A DNA stretch of 64,000 bases from the NCBI GenBank assembly GCA_023205875.1, contig CP060760.1, positions 744,001 to 808,000 on the forward strand, written 5' to 3'. The notes under the pieces are model-generated. The model made no database searches. It was not told the DNA's origin and saw only the letters and a list, made by a program, of their open reading frames with translations. This DNA comes from Chloropicon primus (taxonomy: Eukaryota). Each line of letters starts with the position of its first letter. The first letter of the stretch is position 1. Shown here piece by piece: positions 20,131-32,525 of this stretch. A program made the translations under genes and the position numbers.

Positions 20131-21121
20131 CTGGGGCGAGGGGGCCACGGAGGCGGGAGGATTGTGGTCATCCGCTTCGGCAGGTGCGCGGGACCTCGAG
20201 CGAGGTGCAGGAGGTTCAGGGTTTGGACGAGGCGGGCGTCGATGTGGAGGGTCTCCGCCTCAACGAGGGAAGGTGGAAAGGCATTCTGTGCAACTTGACC
20301 CGGTTCGGGAGCGCCCAGGTGAGTGACGAAAACATCTTGGGAAACAACTTCTTCTTCTTTTGGTTGGTGGTGGTGCTGCTCGAACGGAGACGGAGACGGA
20401 CGGGCTGACGCGCGTGTTTTTGTATTCCTTGGCCCTGTGCGTGTGACCCTCCCCCCTTGCGGTCGCGCAGGAGCTCCCACCGATGTACGTCCCCGATGCT
20501 TTCAGGGAGTGGGGCGAGACGCTGTACGAGTGGAACACGTTCTGTGAGACTCGAGTCGAGGGGGCTCGGTTGACCCACGACGTGCGCAGGCAGGTGCCGC
20601 TCACGGCATGCGAGTCCGTCCAAGCCCAGTTCGAGGAGGAGGCCCTGACCGACTCGGGGGACTTCCACTGCGTGGGCGACGCGGGGGGCAACCTTCTCCT
20701 GGCCAGCAAGGCGATAGGGGCGCAGGGCGCGGTCCTGCAGGCGTCCTTCGCGGGCGGCGACCCCGCCGCCCCGACCAGGACTCGGGTGGAGGTCAGCGTC
20801 AAGAGATACGACGACGGGGCCCCGTTCGAGATGGCCTCTGGGAAGATTGTCCTCGAGGAGAAGACGGAGCTTTACATGGACTCGGACGAGCTGGACCGGG
20901 ACGGCGGGGTGAGGCAGACCAACGAGGTCGCCAACACGGCCACGGGCTCGCCCCCCGACGACGCTTCCTCCCCGTTCATCGCCCTGCCCCTGGACTCCTG
21001 GGTCCGGATCACCAGCAGCGCGGACGAACCAGACTCCCTCGTCCTCGCGATCGGTAAGGGCGCGAGGACATACACGGTCACTTACGAGGACCTCGAGGTC
21101 TCCAGAGCGGAGATGTCCTAG
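20028..21121 (+). CDS. Putative plastid protein of unknown function; intron 20319-20470
   Basis: Presequence MATRMARRTSAV...; a phase-0 intron joins GRWKGILCNLTRFGSAQ|ELPPMYVPDAFREWGETLYEWNTFC, which resembles an uncharacterised green-lineage family (ELP..VP.A.REW...W.T.C). Confidence 0.75.
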
Positions 21122-21206
21122 GACGACCGGCTTGCTTGAGGATGATGTTGAGGATTGCTTGCTCGATCGATGGATCAATTCTCGATGTGTAAAGTCACTT
21201 TCTCTT

Positions 21207-21237
<31 letters not shown>

Positions 21238-21656
21238 CTCGTTTCGCTTCCCCCTCTCCCCACAACCCCCCCCCAGAGCCCAAGGATCCATCGACCCGCA
21301 GCGTGAGGGGACAATGTCCGAACGAAGGGTGATCTTGGTCCCCGTCCAGCCCCGTGTCTTCCCTCCTGTTACATCCCCCTGGGTCCTCCTCCTCCTCATG
21401 GTGGCGGAGACTCCCAAGGTTTTGAACATCCTCCTCCTCTCCTGGCTCCTGGGCCAAGCAAAGATATTTCATCATCAGAAAAGGTTTACGTCACGGCGCT
21501 CGAGAGGGAAGGGGCCGGCCGCGACGAGAGCGAGAGCGAGAGGGAGAGGGAGAGCGAAGGCGGAGGACGAGGCACCGACGAGGACTTTCGCGTTATCGTA
21601 TCGCGTATCGCGTTTCTCTTGTGTGTTTTGTGTTTTTTTTCTTTGAGGAGAAGGAA

Positions 21657-23561
21657 ATGCTGTCGTTGTGGAGGGGAGGGTTGAGGGAGGTGGTGGAGAG
21701 GGCGGCTGTGTGCGCGCAGACCAAGAGGCTCTTCTCTTCCAGCTCCGCTTCGGAGAAACTCAAGGAGTCTTACCCCGTGATTGACCACCAGTACGACGCT
21801 ATCGTGGTCGGTGCGGGAGGAGCGGGATTGAGGGCGGCCTTCGGACTGAGTTCGGCCGGGTTCAACACCGCGTGCATTACCAAGCTCTTTCCGACCAGGA
21901 GCCACACGGTCGCCGCGCAGGGAGGCATCAACGCTGCGCTGGCCAATATGACCGAGGACGACTGGAGGTGGCACGCCTACGACACGATCAAGGGAAGCGA
22001 CTGGCTGGGCGACCAGGACGCCATCCAGTACATGTGCAGGGAGGCGCCGAACGCGGTCATTGAGCTCGAGAATGCGGGCTTGCCCTTCTCGCGAACGGAG
22101 GACGGAAAGATCTATCAGAGGGCCTTCGGAGGGCAGAGCCTTGACTTCGGCAAGGGAGGACAGGCCTACAGGTGCGCCTGCGCTGCGGACAGGACGGGTC
22201 ACGCCATGCTTCACACCCTGTACGGCCAGTCCATGAAGCACGACACCAAGTTCTTTGTCGAGTACTTCGCCCTCGACCTGATCATGGACAACGGCGAGTG
22301 CAAGGGCGTAATGGCGCTCTGCATGGAGGACGGAACCCTCCACCGCTTCCAGGCCCACCAGACTATCCTGGCGACTGGTGGCTACGGAAGGGCGTGGTTC
22401 AGCGCCACCAGTGCCCACACCTGCACCGGAGACGGAGGGGCCATGGCGGCCAGGGCCGGCATCCCCCTGCAGGACTTGGAGTTCGTTCAGTTCCACCCCA
22501 CGGGCATTTACGGCTCGGGCTGCCTCATCACGGAGGGCAGCAGGGGTGAGGGTGGTATCCTGAGGAACAGCGAGGGCGAGAGGTTCATGGAGAGGTATGC
22601 TCCAACCGCGAAGGATCTGGCGAGTAGGGACGTGGTATCCAGGTCCATGACCATGGAGATCAGAGAAGGAAGGGGTGTGGGCAAGGAGAAGGACCACATC
22701 TACTTGCACTTGAACCACCTGCCCCCAGAGCTCCTGGCGGAGAGGCTTCCTGGCATCAGTGAGACCGCTGCCATCTTCGCCGGCGTCGATGTCACCAAGG
22801 AGCCGATCCCTGTCATCCCAACCGTTCACTACAACATGGGCGGCGTGCCAACCAACTACCATGGGGAGGTCGTGAAGCCTACCAAGGAGGACCCAGACGC
22901 AATCGTGCCGGGTCTGATGGCAGCAGGAGAGGCGGCGTGCGCCTCCGTGCACGGAGCCAACAGGTTGGGTGCCAACTCCCTCCTGGACATCGTCGTCTTC
23001 GGCAGAGCCTGCGCCCTGAGAGTCGAGGAGACGATGAAGCCTGGTAAGCCACACAAGCCCCTACCTGCCGATGCGGGCATGGACTGCATCGAGAGGCTTG
23101 ACAAGATCAGGTACAACAAGGGTGACTTGAAGACGGCCGAGCTCAGGAAGCACATGCAGAAGACCATGCAGACCAACGCCGCGGTGTTCAGAACTCAGGA
23201 GACCTTGGAGGAGGGTACCGTGGAGATTGACCAATGGGTCGGAGCTTTCGAGGATGTTGAGGTCAAGGACAAGTCCTTGGTTTGGAACACCGACCTTATT
23301 GAGACCCTCGAGCTGGAGAACCTCTTGATCAGTGCCGCAATCACGATGCACTCGGCCGAGCAGAGGAAGGAAAGTCGGGGGGCGCACGCAAGGGAGGACT
23401 TCAGCGAGAGACTCGATGACGAGTGGATGAAGCACACCGTGGGCTACTTTGACTGGGACAAGAAGGGCGAGAACAAGGTTGACATTGAGTACAGACCTGT
23501 GCACACGCAGCCTCTTGATGACGAGATGGAACACGTCCCACCAAAGGTGAGGGTGTACTAG
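21657..23561 (+). CDS. SDH1: Succinate dehydrogenase flavoprotein subunit, mitochondrial
   Basis: Has [14 protein letters not shown]-His motif [42 protein letters not shown] and a C-terminal RVY. Confidence 0.99.
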   Translation: MLSLWRGGLREVVERAAVCAQTKRLFSSSSASEKLKESYPVIDHQYDAIVVGAGGAGLRAAFGLSSAGFNTACITKLFPTRSHTVAAQGGINAALANMTEDDWRWHAYDTIKGSDWLGDQDAIQYMCREAPNAVIELENAGLPFSRTEDGKIYQRAFGGQSLDFGKGGQAYRCACAADRTGHAMLHTLYGQSMKHDTKFFVEYFALDLIMDNGECKGVMALCMEDGTLHRFQAHQTILATGGYGRAWFSATSAHTCTGDGGAMAARAGIPLQDLEFVQFHPTGIYGSGCLITEGSRGEGGILRNSEGERFMERYAPTAKDLASRDVVSRSMTMEIREGRGVGKEKDHIYLHLNHLPPELLAERLPGISETAAIFAGVDVTKEPIPVIPTVHYNMGGVPTNYHGEVVKPTKEDPDAIVPGLMAAGEAACASVHGANRLGANSLLDIVVFGRACALRVEETMKPGKPHKPLPADAGMDCIERLDKIRYNKGDLKTAELRKHMQKTMQTNAAVFRTQETLEEGTVEIDQWVGAFEDVEVKDKSLVWNTDLIETLELENLLISAAITMHSAEQRKESRGAHAREDFSERLDDEWMKHTVGYFDWDKKGENKVDIEYRPVHTQPLDDEMEHVPPKVRVY

Positions 23562-23738
23562 GTGAGCCTAACGAGGAAAGCATCATTTTAATTCTATAAA
23601 ATTTTTAGAAGTTTTACTTATTTTACTCATATGAGGTGCGTCCTCTCTTTTGACGATCGATCGAGAGGCACTTGCGCTGGTGCTTGGTGTGAAGCTCTTC
23701 TCAAAGGGGAACAATTCTTAGCAGATTTCTGAAGACTT

Positions 23739-26700
23739 TTACACGCTCAAGAGAAACGTATCGACGACGCGCTCTCGGCCATCGGCGCTATCGACGACAA
23801 TTGTGTGCTTCTCCCAAGCCTCATCAGGAACAAGAGCGACGACGCTCTCAGAGGCGTGGATGTGGTCAGGCTTCCCCTTCTTCTCCATCAAGGCGGCCAG
23901 GGCCACGTCATCGCCCATGATCGAGAATTTTGGCACTTTTGTCCCGATGACCCCGCTGATGCACGAGCCTGTGTGCACGCCCACGCGCAACGTCGCGGGG
24001 GTGTTGACAACTGGCTTCGTGACCTCCCTCGATCCCCACACCATGGCCTTTGCGAATCCGATCATGTCAATGGTGTTTTCAGCACGGCCATGAGACTCTG
24101 CATCAATCTCGCAATTCCCGGTCACAACGCCCACTGTTGCCACGTAACAGTCTCCCACAGTCTCGACCTTGTACACGTTGAAGTCGTCGCAGAGCTGATC
24201 AAAAGTGACGAACAGGTCATTGAGAAAAATGAAGACCCTTTCAGGGTCTACTCGTCTGCAAAACCCCGTGAAGCCGACCAGGTCAGCGTACAAGATTGAG
24301 ACGCCAAAATGCCTTTGGGACAGTGACCGAGTCTGCACGTGTGGCTGCTGCACCTCCTCCACGATACTGGATGGCAGAATATTCTCCAAGAACTCCCTTT
24401 GGGTCTGCTCGTTCTTGCTCTTCTCCTCGATGATCTGCTGCCAATAAAAAGCACTTAAGAGGCTTTGCAAGAACCTTTTCCTGTCCTGTGTTCCCCTTAA
24501 AAACGAGGCACACAGAAGCACTATGGAGTATACAATGACCAGCGTGGCATACATATAGAAGTCTGAGATGACGCTCCCAATCCCAGTCTTAATGTTCTGC
24601 TCCTGGAGTTCCTTGTATACTTGCTCGTCGCTAGCGATCCTCGGAATGCCTAGCCCCCAGTAGAGCCCTAACGCGAGCAAAAACCAAAACGCTTGACTGA
24701 TTAAGGGTAAGCCTGAGAAGAAGAACACGAGACTACTCAACGTCGCGATCGTCACGAACATGGAGGGGACCCAGTAATTGGAAACATCGTCTTTCAAGTA
24801 CTCTATTCCGTATCCAGATGCGGAGATCATGGTAATCAGCAAACCAGTGTAGATGAGAAACGCACTCACAGTGGCCCAAAACTTTTCCTTCACAATCTCT
24901 GATCGGTGAACGACGAAATGCGACCCTACACCAACGACGAGCAGGGCTGCGATTACCCATATATAAGTAGGGGTAATATACAGGCGAGACCATCCTAAAA
25001 TCTCAATGTAAGACAGATCAGAAGCTTTCACCCCGGCCTGCGCAAGAGCATAGGTTCCGTTACCGTGGGTCGCCACTATATAGTAGGAGAAAAGAACAGA
25101 ACAGAACAGAACAAAAAGTCAATTCATTTTTCAGTGGCAAGCAAGGATAATCCATTACTCACCGCACCAATCCTCGAGCCATGCCTCCTCATTTTGTGCA
25201 CAAGTACTGAGCTGCAGCCGGGCATACAAGTAACCAAACAGCAGATTGGCCAGCAGAAGCAAAACGAAGAGGGCATAGCCAAAGAGAACTGCGAACTTGT
25301 CCTTTGTTGCTTGAGCGTTCCAGTAAGCCCGCTCGATATGCCAGCGCTTGAAAAAGAAACCAAACCACCTCGTGTGCTCCGAATAAACCAATTCACTTAC
25401 TGGATCAACATCAATGTATCTCCCTGAACCACTCGTAGTCGTCATGCTATGGTCGCTTGGAAAGAAGAGGGGGTTGTCGTATTGCACCAATGGACTGGAA
25501 GGAACGTCGAGACTTTGATTCGATGAATCCACATGACCAGAACCACAACGAAGCAAGTACGTTTGCATCCAGCCCTTGCCCTTCACCTCCATCTTCTTCA
25601 GCTTCTCCCAGGGCTCGTCAGGGACGAGGCCAACCACATCCTGTGTGGTGTGTATGCAACCCGCCGGGCCAGTCTGAACCATCCTGGCCGAGGTGTTCAT
25701 CGCATCCCCGAACAAGCAAAACCTGAAGGTCTTTGTTCCCACGATCCCGCTCATGCAGGGGCCCGTGTGGATCCCGATTCGCAACACAGGCTTCACGTCA
25801 GCCTCGGGAGCTTCCACGCACCTCGAACCCTTCATGATGGCCTTGGCGAAGCTAATCATCAAGTCTGTATTGAACACGGAGACGTCTCTCAACTCACCGT
25901 TGCACTCGTTTTCTGGCAGCGCTGCAGAATTCACGCTGACTCTCTCGTTGTGCATTTTCCCCGTGACAACACCGACGGCGGCCACATACTGGTCCCCCAC
26001 AGTCTCCACCTTGTACACCTCGTGATCGTCGCACAGACCATCAAACACGAGAAACAGATCGTCAAGATAATTCAGCACGGACGACGGATGCACTTGCGAA
26101 GAGAACGTCGCAAAGCCCTCGAGCTCGGCAAACGCGATGCAGACTCCAGAGTGATGCTGCGACAGGTTTTTCAGCTGCTTTTGAGACTGGATGACAAAGT
26201 TTTCTTCCTCCAGCTGCTGGACAATGGTAGAGGGAAGCATGCGGTTCAGCAGGTCTTTCTGCAGCTTTGTGTTCTGTGTTTTGTATCGAATGATTTCTTC
26301 TTGTTGCTCGACCAAGATCACCCTCGCGAAAAACTGCTTCCTTCCTTTGATCTCTTGCACAAGAGATCCGCACAGCGTTAGCACAATCCACACAAGCGCA
26401 TAGTATGAGTTCTCAAACAAAGAGTTGCGAATCGTCAATGTCGTCGACACAACGCAGTCCGGATCTTGGCTACAGCCTGCAGAAGAACAGGACGAGGACG
26501 AAAGGAAAATGCAGAACAAGTCAACAAGAATCCAGGTGTATCCGTGACAGCATCAATCACGCGTACCTTGTTCCAGAGTCCGCGAAGCCGTGGGGTAAAG
26601 CCCAAAAAAGAGGGACATACTGAACAGGCAAAGCAGAACGTATAGCCCGAAGCTTCCAACGACCAGAAAAATAGGGAAGATCACGATTATGTACCGCAGG

Positions 26701-27382
26701 AAAATCCTAGGGTAGGCCGCCACCTCTCCCAGAGAGACTTCCGAAGAGATACTGGTAACGAACAAAGCCGAAACCAGAGCCATAGCCACCACTAACGCCG
26801 ATAATGTGGCCCAAGACTTCTCCGACACTTGCGTTGACCTGTGAATGAAGAAGTGCGCGAGCACGCCCACGCCTAAAGTTCCAAGCAAGCAGTAAAGGGT
26901 AGTGAGCGTCCTTCCGATAAAATACTTCTTTGCTTCTGGCTGCGACTCGAACTGTTCCCTAAGAGAGAGACGACATGTGTCAGTGCCTGCAGTGCCTAAC
27001 CTAACTTAGAAGTGGGAACTTACTTGAACAAGAGATAAATCACAAGGCCGTTCAGAATCAAGATTGCGACGAATACGCCTGCGTAGCCCGCGTAGACGAC
27101 TTTCTTGCTCAACCTCGCATGCCCGTCGAGGTAAACACGTTCCATCCGCCACGTTTTGAACACAAGCCCTGGCCACCACGTATGCTTGTTGAAGGTTTTC
27201 TCCTCCTCCGGGTTCAACGCCTCCAGCGCCTCCGCGAAGGGTCTCCTCGCCCCTCCCTCTCCCTCCAGAGCCAAGCTCGCCTCCGGCCCGCTGCCCGATT
27301 CCGACCTCGACAGACCTCGTTCCCCCCCCGACTGCAGCGTCGCCCCTCGGAAGAGCTCCTCCCCGAGGTCGGCCACCTCCAT
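23739..27382 (-). CDS. Membrane guanylyl-cyclase-like protein, copy 1 (TM block-C1-TM block-C2, 1133 aa); introns 26959-27023, 26477-26566 and 25076-25162
   Basis: Two class III cyclase domains (YKVETVGDQY...IGIHTGP...RFCLFGDAMNTSARM; ILYADLVGFT...KVETVGDCY...VGVHTG). The four exons total 3402 nt in frame. Confidence 0.9.
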
Positions 27383-27668
27383 CCCTGTCAACTCCTTCTC
27401 ATGTCTCTCTCTCCCTCTCCCTCCCTCCTCCTGCTCACGACGACGTGGCGTTCGGTTCGTTCCCGCGCGACGGCGGTTACTCCTCTTTTGTTTTGCTCCA
27501 GCTGCTTCATAACGACCGAGCACGAGGGTGAACGAGGAGGGAGGGGAACGAACGAAGAGACAAGAGACCAAGAGACGAAGAGACCAAGAGACGAGGATTT
27601 ATCAAGCGGCAGCGTTGGCTCTCGCTCTTTCGAAAGAGCCGTTTCTCGTACGCAACGGTTGCGGCGAG

Positions 27669-27950
27669 ATGGTGGATACAAGTCGAGAGACCAAGCTGCA
27701 GCTGGAGAACCTCTTGATCAGTGCCGCAATCACGATGCACTCGGCCGAGCAGAGGAAGGAAAGTCGGGGGGCGCACGCAAGGGAGGACTTCAGCGAGAGA
27801 CTCGATGACGAGTGGATGAAGCACACCGTGGGCTACTTTGACTGGGACAAGAAGGGCGAGAACAAGGTTGACATTGAGTACAGACCTGTGCACACGCAGC
27901 CTCTTGATGACGAGATGGAACACGTCCCACCAAAGGTGAGGGTGTACTAG
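27669..27950 (+). CDS. Chimeric junction ORF 1: first 11 codons of the ALKBH5-like gene fused in frame to the last 82 codons of SDH1
   Basis: [36 protein letters not shown]...PPKVRVY*; expression unknown. Confidence 0.5.
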   Translation: MVDTSRETKLQLENLLISAAITMHSAEQRKESRGAHAREDFSERLDDEWMKHTVGYFDWDKKGENKVDIEYRPVHTQPLDDEMEHVPPKVRVY

Positions 27951-28127
27951 GTGAGCCTAACGAGGAAAGCATCATTTTAATTCTATAAAATTTTTAGAAG
28001 TTTTACTTATTTTACTCATATGAGGTGCGTCCTCTCTTTTGACGATCGATCGAGAGGCACTTGCGCTGGTGCTTGGTGTGAAGCTCTTCTCAAAGGGGAA
28101 CAATTCTTAGCAGATTTCTGAAGACTT

Positions 28128-31100
28128 TTACACGCTCAAGAGAAACGTCTCGACGACGCGCTCTCGGCCATCGGCGCTATCGACGACAATTGTGTGCTTC
28201 TCCCAAGCCTCATCAGGAACAAGAGCGACGACGCTCTCAGAGGCGTGGATGTGGTCAGCCTTCCCCTTCTTCTCCATCAAGACGGCCAGGGCCACGTCAT
28301 CGCCCATGATCGAGAATTTTGGCACTTTTGTCCCGATGACCCCGCTGATGCACGAGCCTGTGTGCACGCCCACGCGCAACGTCGCGGGGGTGTTGACAAC
28401 TGGCTTCGTGACCTCCCTCGATCCCCACACCATGGCCTTTGCGAATCCGATCATGTCAATGGTGTTTTCAGCACGGCCATGAGACTCTGCATCAATCTCG
28501 CAATTCCCGGTCACAACGCCCACTGTTGCCACGTAACAGTCTCCCACAGTCTCGACCTTGTACACGTTGAAGTCGTCGCAGAGCTGATCAAAAGTGACGA
28601 ACAAGTCATTGAGAAAAATGAAGACCCTTTCAGGGTCTACTCGTCTGCAAAACCCCGTGAAGCCGACCAGGTCAGCGTACAAGATTGAGACGCCAAAATG
28701 CCTTTGGGACAGTGACCGAGTCTGCACGTGTGGCTGCTGCACCTCCTCCACGATACTGGATGGCAGAATATTCTCCAAGAACTCCCTTTGGGTCTGCTCG
28801 TTCTTGCTCTTCTCCTCGATGATCTGCTGCCAATAAAAAGCACTTAAGAGGCTTTGCAAGAACCTTTTCCTGTCCTGTGTTCCCCTTAAAAACGAGGCAC
28901 ACAGAAGCACTATGGAGTATACAGTGATCAGCGAGGCAAACATATAGAAGTTAAAGATGACGGTCCCAATCCCAGTCTTAATGTTCTGCTCCTGGAGTTC
29001 CTTGTATACTTGCTCGTCGCTAGCGATCCTCGGAATGCCTAGCCCCCAGTAGAGCCCTAACGCGAGCAAAAACCAAAACGCTTGACTGATTAAGGGTAAG
29101 CCTGAGAAGAAGAACACGAGACTACTCAACGTCGCGATCGTCACGAACATGGAGGGGACCCAGTAATTGGAAACATCGTCTTTCAAGTACTCTATTCCGT
29201 ATCCAGATGCGGAGATCATGGTAATCAGCAAACCAGTGTAGATGAGAAACGCACTCACAGTGGCCCAAAACTTTTCCTTCACAATCTCTGATCGGTGAAC
29301 GACGAAATGCGACCCTACACCAACGACGAGCAGGGCTGCGATTACCCATATATAAGTAGGGGTAATATACAGGCGAGACCATCCTAAAATCTCAATGTAA
29401 GACAGATCAGAAGCTTTCACCCCGGCCTGCGCAGCATCATACGATCCCTTACCCAACCTCTCAACTATATAGAAGAAGAAAAGAACAGAATAGAACAGAA
29501 CAGAACAAAAAGTCAATTCATTTTTCAGTGGCAAGCAAGGATAATCCATTACTCACCGCACCAATCCTCGAGCCATGCCTCCTCATTTTGTGCACAAGTA
29601 CTGAGCTGCAGCCGGGCATACAAGTAACCAAACAGCAGATTGGCCAGCAGAAGCAAAACGAAGAGGGCATAGCCAAAGAGAACTGCGAACTTGTCCTTTG
29701 TTGCTTGAGCGTTCCAGTAAGCCCGCTCGATATGCCAGCGCTTGAAAAAGAAACCAAACCACCTCGTGTGCTCCGAATAAACCAATTCACTTACTGGATC
29801 AACATCAATGTATCTCCCTGAACCACTCGTAGTCGTCATGCTATGGTCGCTTGGAAAGAAGAGGGGGTTGTCGTATTGCACCAATGGACTGGAAGGAACG
29901 TCGAGACTTTGATTCGATGAATCCACATGACCAGAACCACAACGAAGCAAGTACGTTTGCATCCAGCCCTTGCCCTTCACCTCCATCTTCTTCAGCTTCT
30001 CCCAGGGCTCGTCAGGGACGAGGCCAACCACATCCTGTGTGGTGTGTATGCAACCCGCCGGGCCAGTCTGAACCATCCTGGCCGAGGTGTTCATCGCATC
30101 CCCGAACAAGCAAAACCTGAAGGTCTTTGTTCCCACGATCCCGCTCATGCAGGGGCCCGTGTGGATCCCGATTCGCAACACAGGCTTCACGTCAGCCTCG
30201 GGAGCTTCCACGCACCTCGAACCCTTCATGATGGCCTTGGCGAAGCTAATCATCAAGTCTGTATTGAACACGGAGACGTCTCTCAACTCACCGTTGCACT
30301 CGTTTTCTGGCCGCGCTGCAGAATTCACGCTGACTCTCTCGTTGTGCATTTTCCCCGTGACAACACCGACGGCGGCCACATACTGGTCCCCCACAGTCTC
30401 CACCTTGTACACCTCGTGATCGTCGCACAGACCATCAAACACGAGAAACAGATCGTCAAGATAATTCAGCACGGACGACGGATGCACTTGCGAAGAGAAC
30501 GTCGCAAAGCCCTCGAGCTCGGCAAACGCGATGCAGACTCCAGAGTGATGCTGCGACAGGTTTTCCAGCTGCTTTTGAGACTGGATGACAAAGTTTTCTT
30601 CCTCCAGCTGCTGGACAATGGTAGAGGGAAGCATGCGGTTCAGCAGGTCTTTCTGCAGCTTTGTGTTCTGTGTTTTGTATCGAATGATTTCTTCTTGTTG
30701 CTCGACCAAGATCACCCTCGCGAAAAACTGCTTCCTTCCTTTGATCTCTTGCACAAGAGATCCGCACAGCGTTAGCACAATCCACACAAGCGCGTAGTAT
30801 GAGTTCTCAAACAAAGAGAAGCGAAGCGCGAATGTCGACGTCGACACAACGCAGTCCGGATCTTGGCTACAGCCTGCAGAAGAACAGGACGAGGACGAAA
30901 GGAAAATGCAGAACAAGTCAACAAGAATCCAGGTGCATCCGTGACAGCATCAATCACGCGTACCTTGTTCCAGAGTCCGCGAAGCCGTGGGGTAAAGCCC
31001 AAAAAAGAGGGACATACTGAACAGGCAAAGCAGAACATATAGCCCGAAGCTTTCAACGACCAGAAAAATAGGGAAGATCACGATTATGTACCGCAGGAAA

Positions 31101-31779
31101 ACGTAAGGGTAGGCCGCCACCTCTGGGAGAGGGGCTTCCGAAGAGATAAAGGTAACGAACAAAGCCGAAACCAGAGCCATAGCCACCACTAACGCCGATA
31201 ATGTGGCCCAAGACTTCTCCGACACTTGCGTTGACCTGTGAATGAAGAAGTGCGCGAGCACACCCACGCCTAAAGTTCCAAGCAAGCAGTAAAGGGTAGT
31301 GAGCGTCCTTCCGATAAAATACTTCTTTGCTTCTGGCTGCGACTCGAACTGTTCCCTAAGAGAGAGACGACATGTGTCAGTGCCTGCAGTGCCTAACCTA
31401 ACTTAGAAGTGGGAACTTACTTGAGCACGAGATAAATCACAAGGCCGTTCAGAATCAAGATTGCGACGAATACGCCGGCGTAGCCCGCGTAGACGACTTT
31501 CTTGCTCAACCTCGCATGCCCGTCGAGGTAAACACGTTCCATCCGCCACGTTTTGAACACAAGCCCTGGCCACCACGTATGCTTGTTGAAGGTTTTCTCC
31601 TCCTCCGGGTTCAACGCCTCCAGCGCCTCCGCGAAGGGTCTCCTCGCCCCTCCCTCTCCCTCCAGAGCCAAGCTCGCCTCCGGCCCGCTGCCCGATTCCG
31701 ACCTCGACAGACCTCGTTCCCCCCCCGACTGCAGCGTCGCCCCTCGGAAGAGCTCCTCCCCGAGGTCGGCCACCTCCAT
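28128..31779 (-). CDS. Membrane guanylyl-cyclase-like protein, copy 2 (same 4-exon structure)
   Basis: Near-identical to copy 1 with intact ORFs and splice sites; one extra codon in the VVSTSTFALRF patch. Confidence 0.9.
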
Positions 31780-32066
31780 CCCTGTCAACTCCTTCTCATG
31801 TCTCTCTCTCCCTCTCCCTCCCTCCTCCTGCTCACGACGACGTGGCGTTCGGTTCGTTCCCGCGCGACGGCGGTTACTCCTCTTTTTGTTTTGCTCCAGC
31901 TGCTTCATAACGACCGAGCACGAGGGTGAACGAGGAGGGAGGGGAACGAACGAAGAGACAAGAGACCAAGAGACGAAGAGACCAAGAGACGAGGATTTAT
32001 CAAGCGGCAGCGTTGGCTCTCGCTCTTTCGAAAGAGCCGTTTCTCGTACGCAACGGTTGCGGCGAG

Positions 32067-32348
32067 ATGGTGGATACAAGTCGAGAGACCAAGCTGCAGC
32101 TGGAGAACCTCTTGATCAGTGCCGCAATCACGATGCACTCGGCCGAGCAGAGGAAGGAAAGTCGGGGGGCGCACGCAAGGGAGGACTTCAGCGAGAGACT
32201 CGATGACGAGTGGATGAAGCACACCGTGGGCTACTTTGACTGGGACAAGAAGGGCGAGAACAAGGTTGACATTGAGTACAGACCTGTGCACACGCAGCCT
32301 CTTGATGACGAGATGGAACACGTCCCACCAAAGGTGAGGGTGTACTAG
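32067..32348 (+). CDS. Chimeric junction ORF 2 (same as ORF 1)
   Basis: Identical MVDTSRETKLQ|LENLL...VRVY translation. Confidence 0.5.
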   Translation: MVDTSRETKLQLENLLISAAITMHSAEQRKESRGAHAREDFSERLDDEWMKHTVGYFDWDKKGENKVDIEYRPVHTQPLDDEMEHVPPKVRVY

Positions 32349-32525
32349 GTGAGCCTAACGAGGAAAGCATCATTTTAATTCTATAAAATTTTTAGAAGTT
32401 TTACTTATTTTACTCATATGAGGTGCGTCCTCTCTTTTGACGATCGATCGAGAGGCACTTGCGCTGGTGCTTGGTGTGAAGCTCTTCTCAAAGGGGAACA
32501 ATTCTTAGCAGATTTCTGAAGACTT

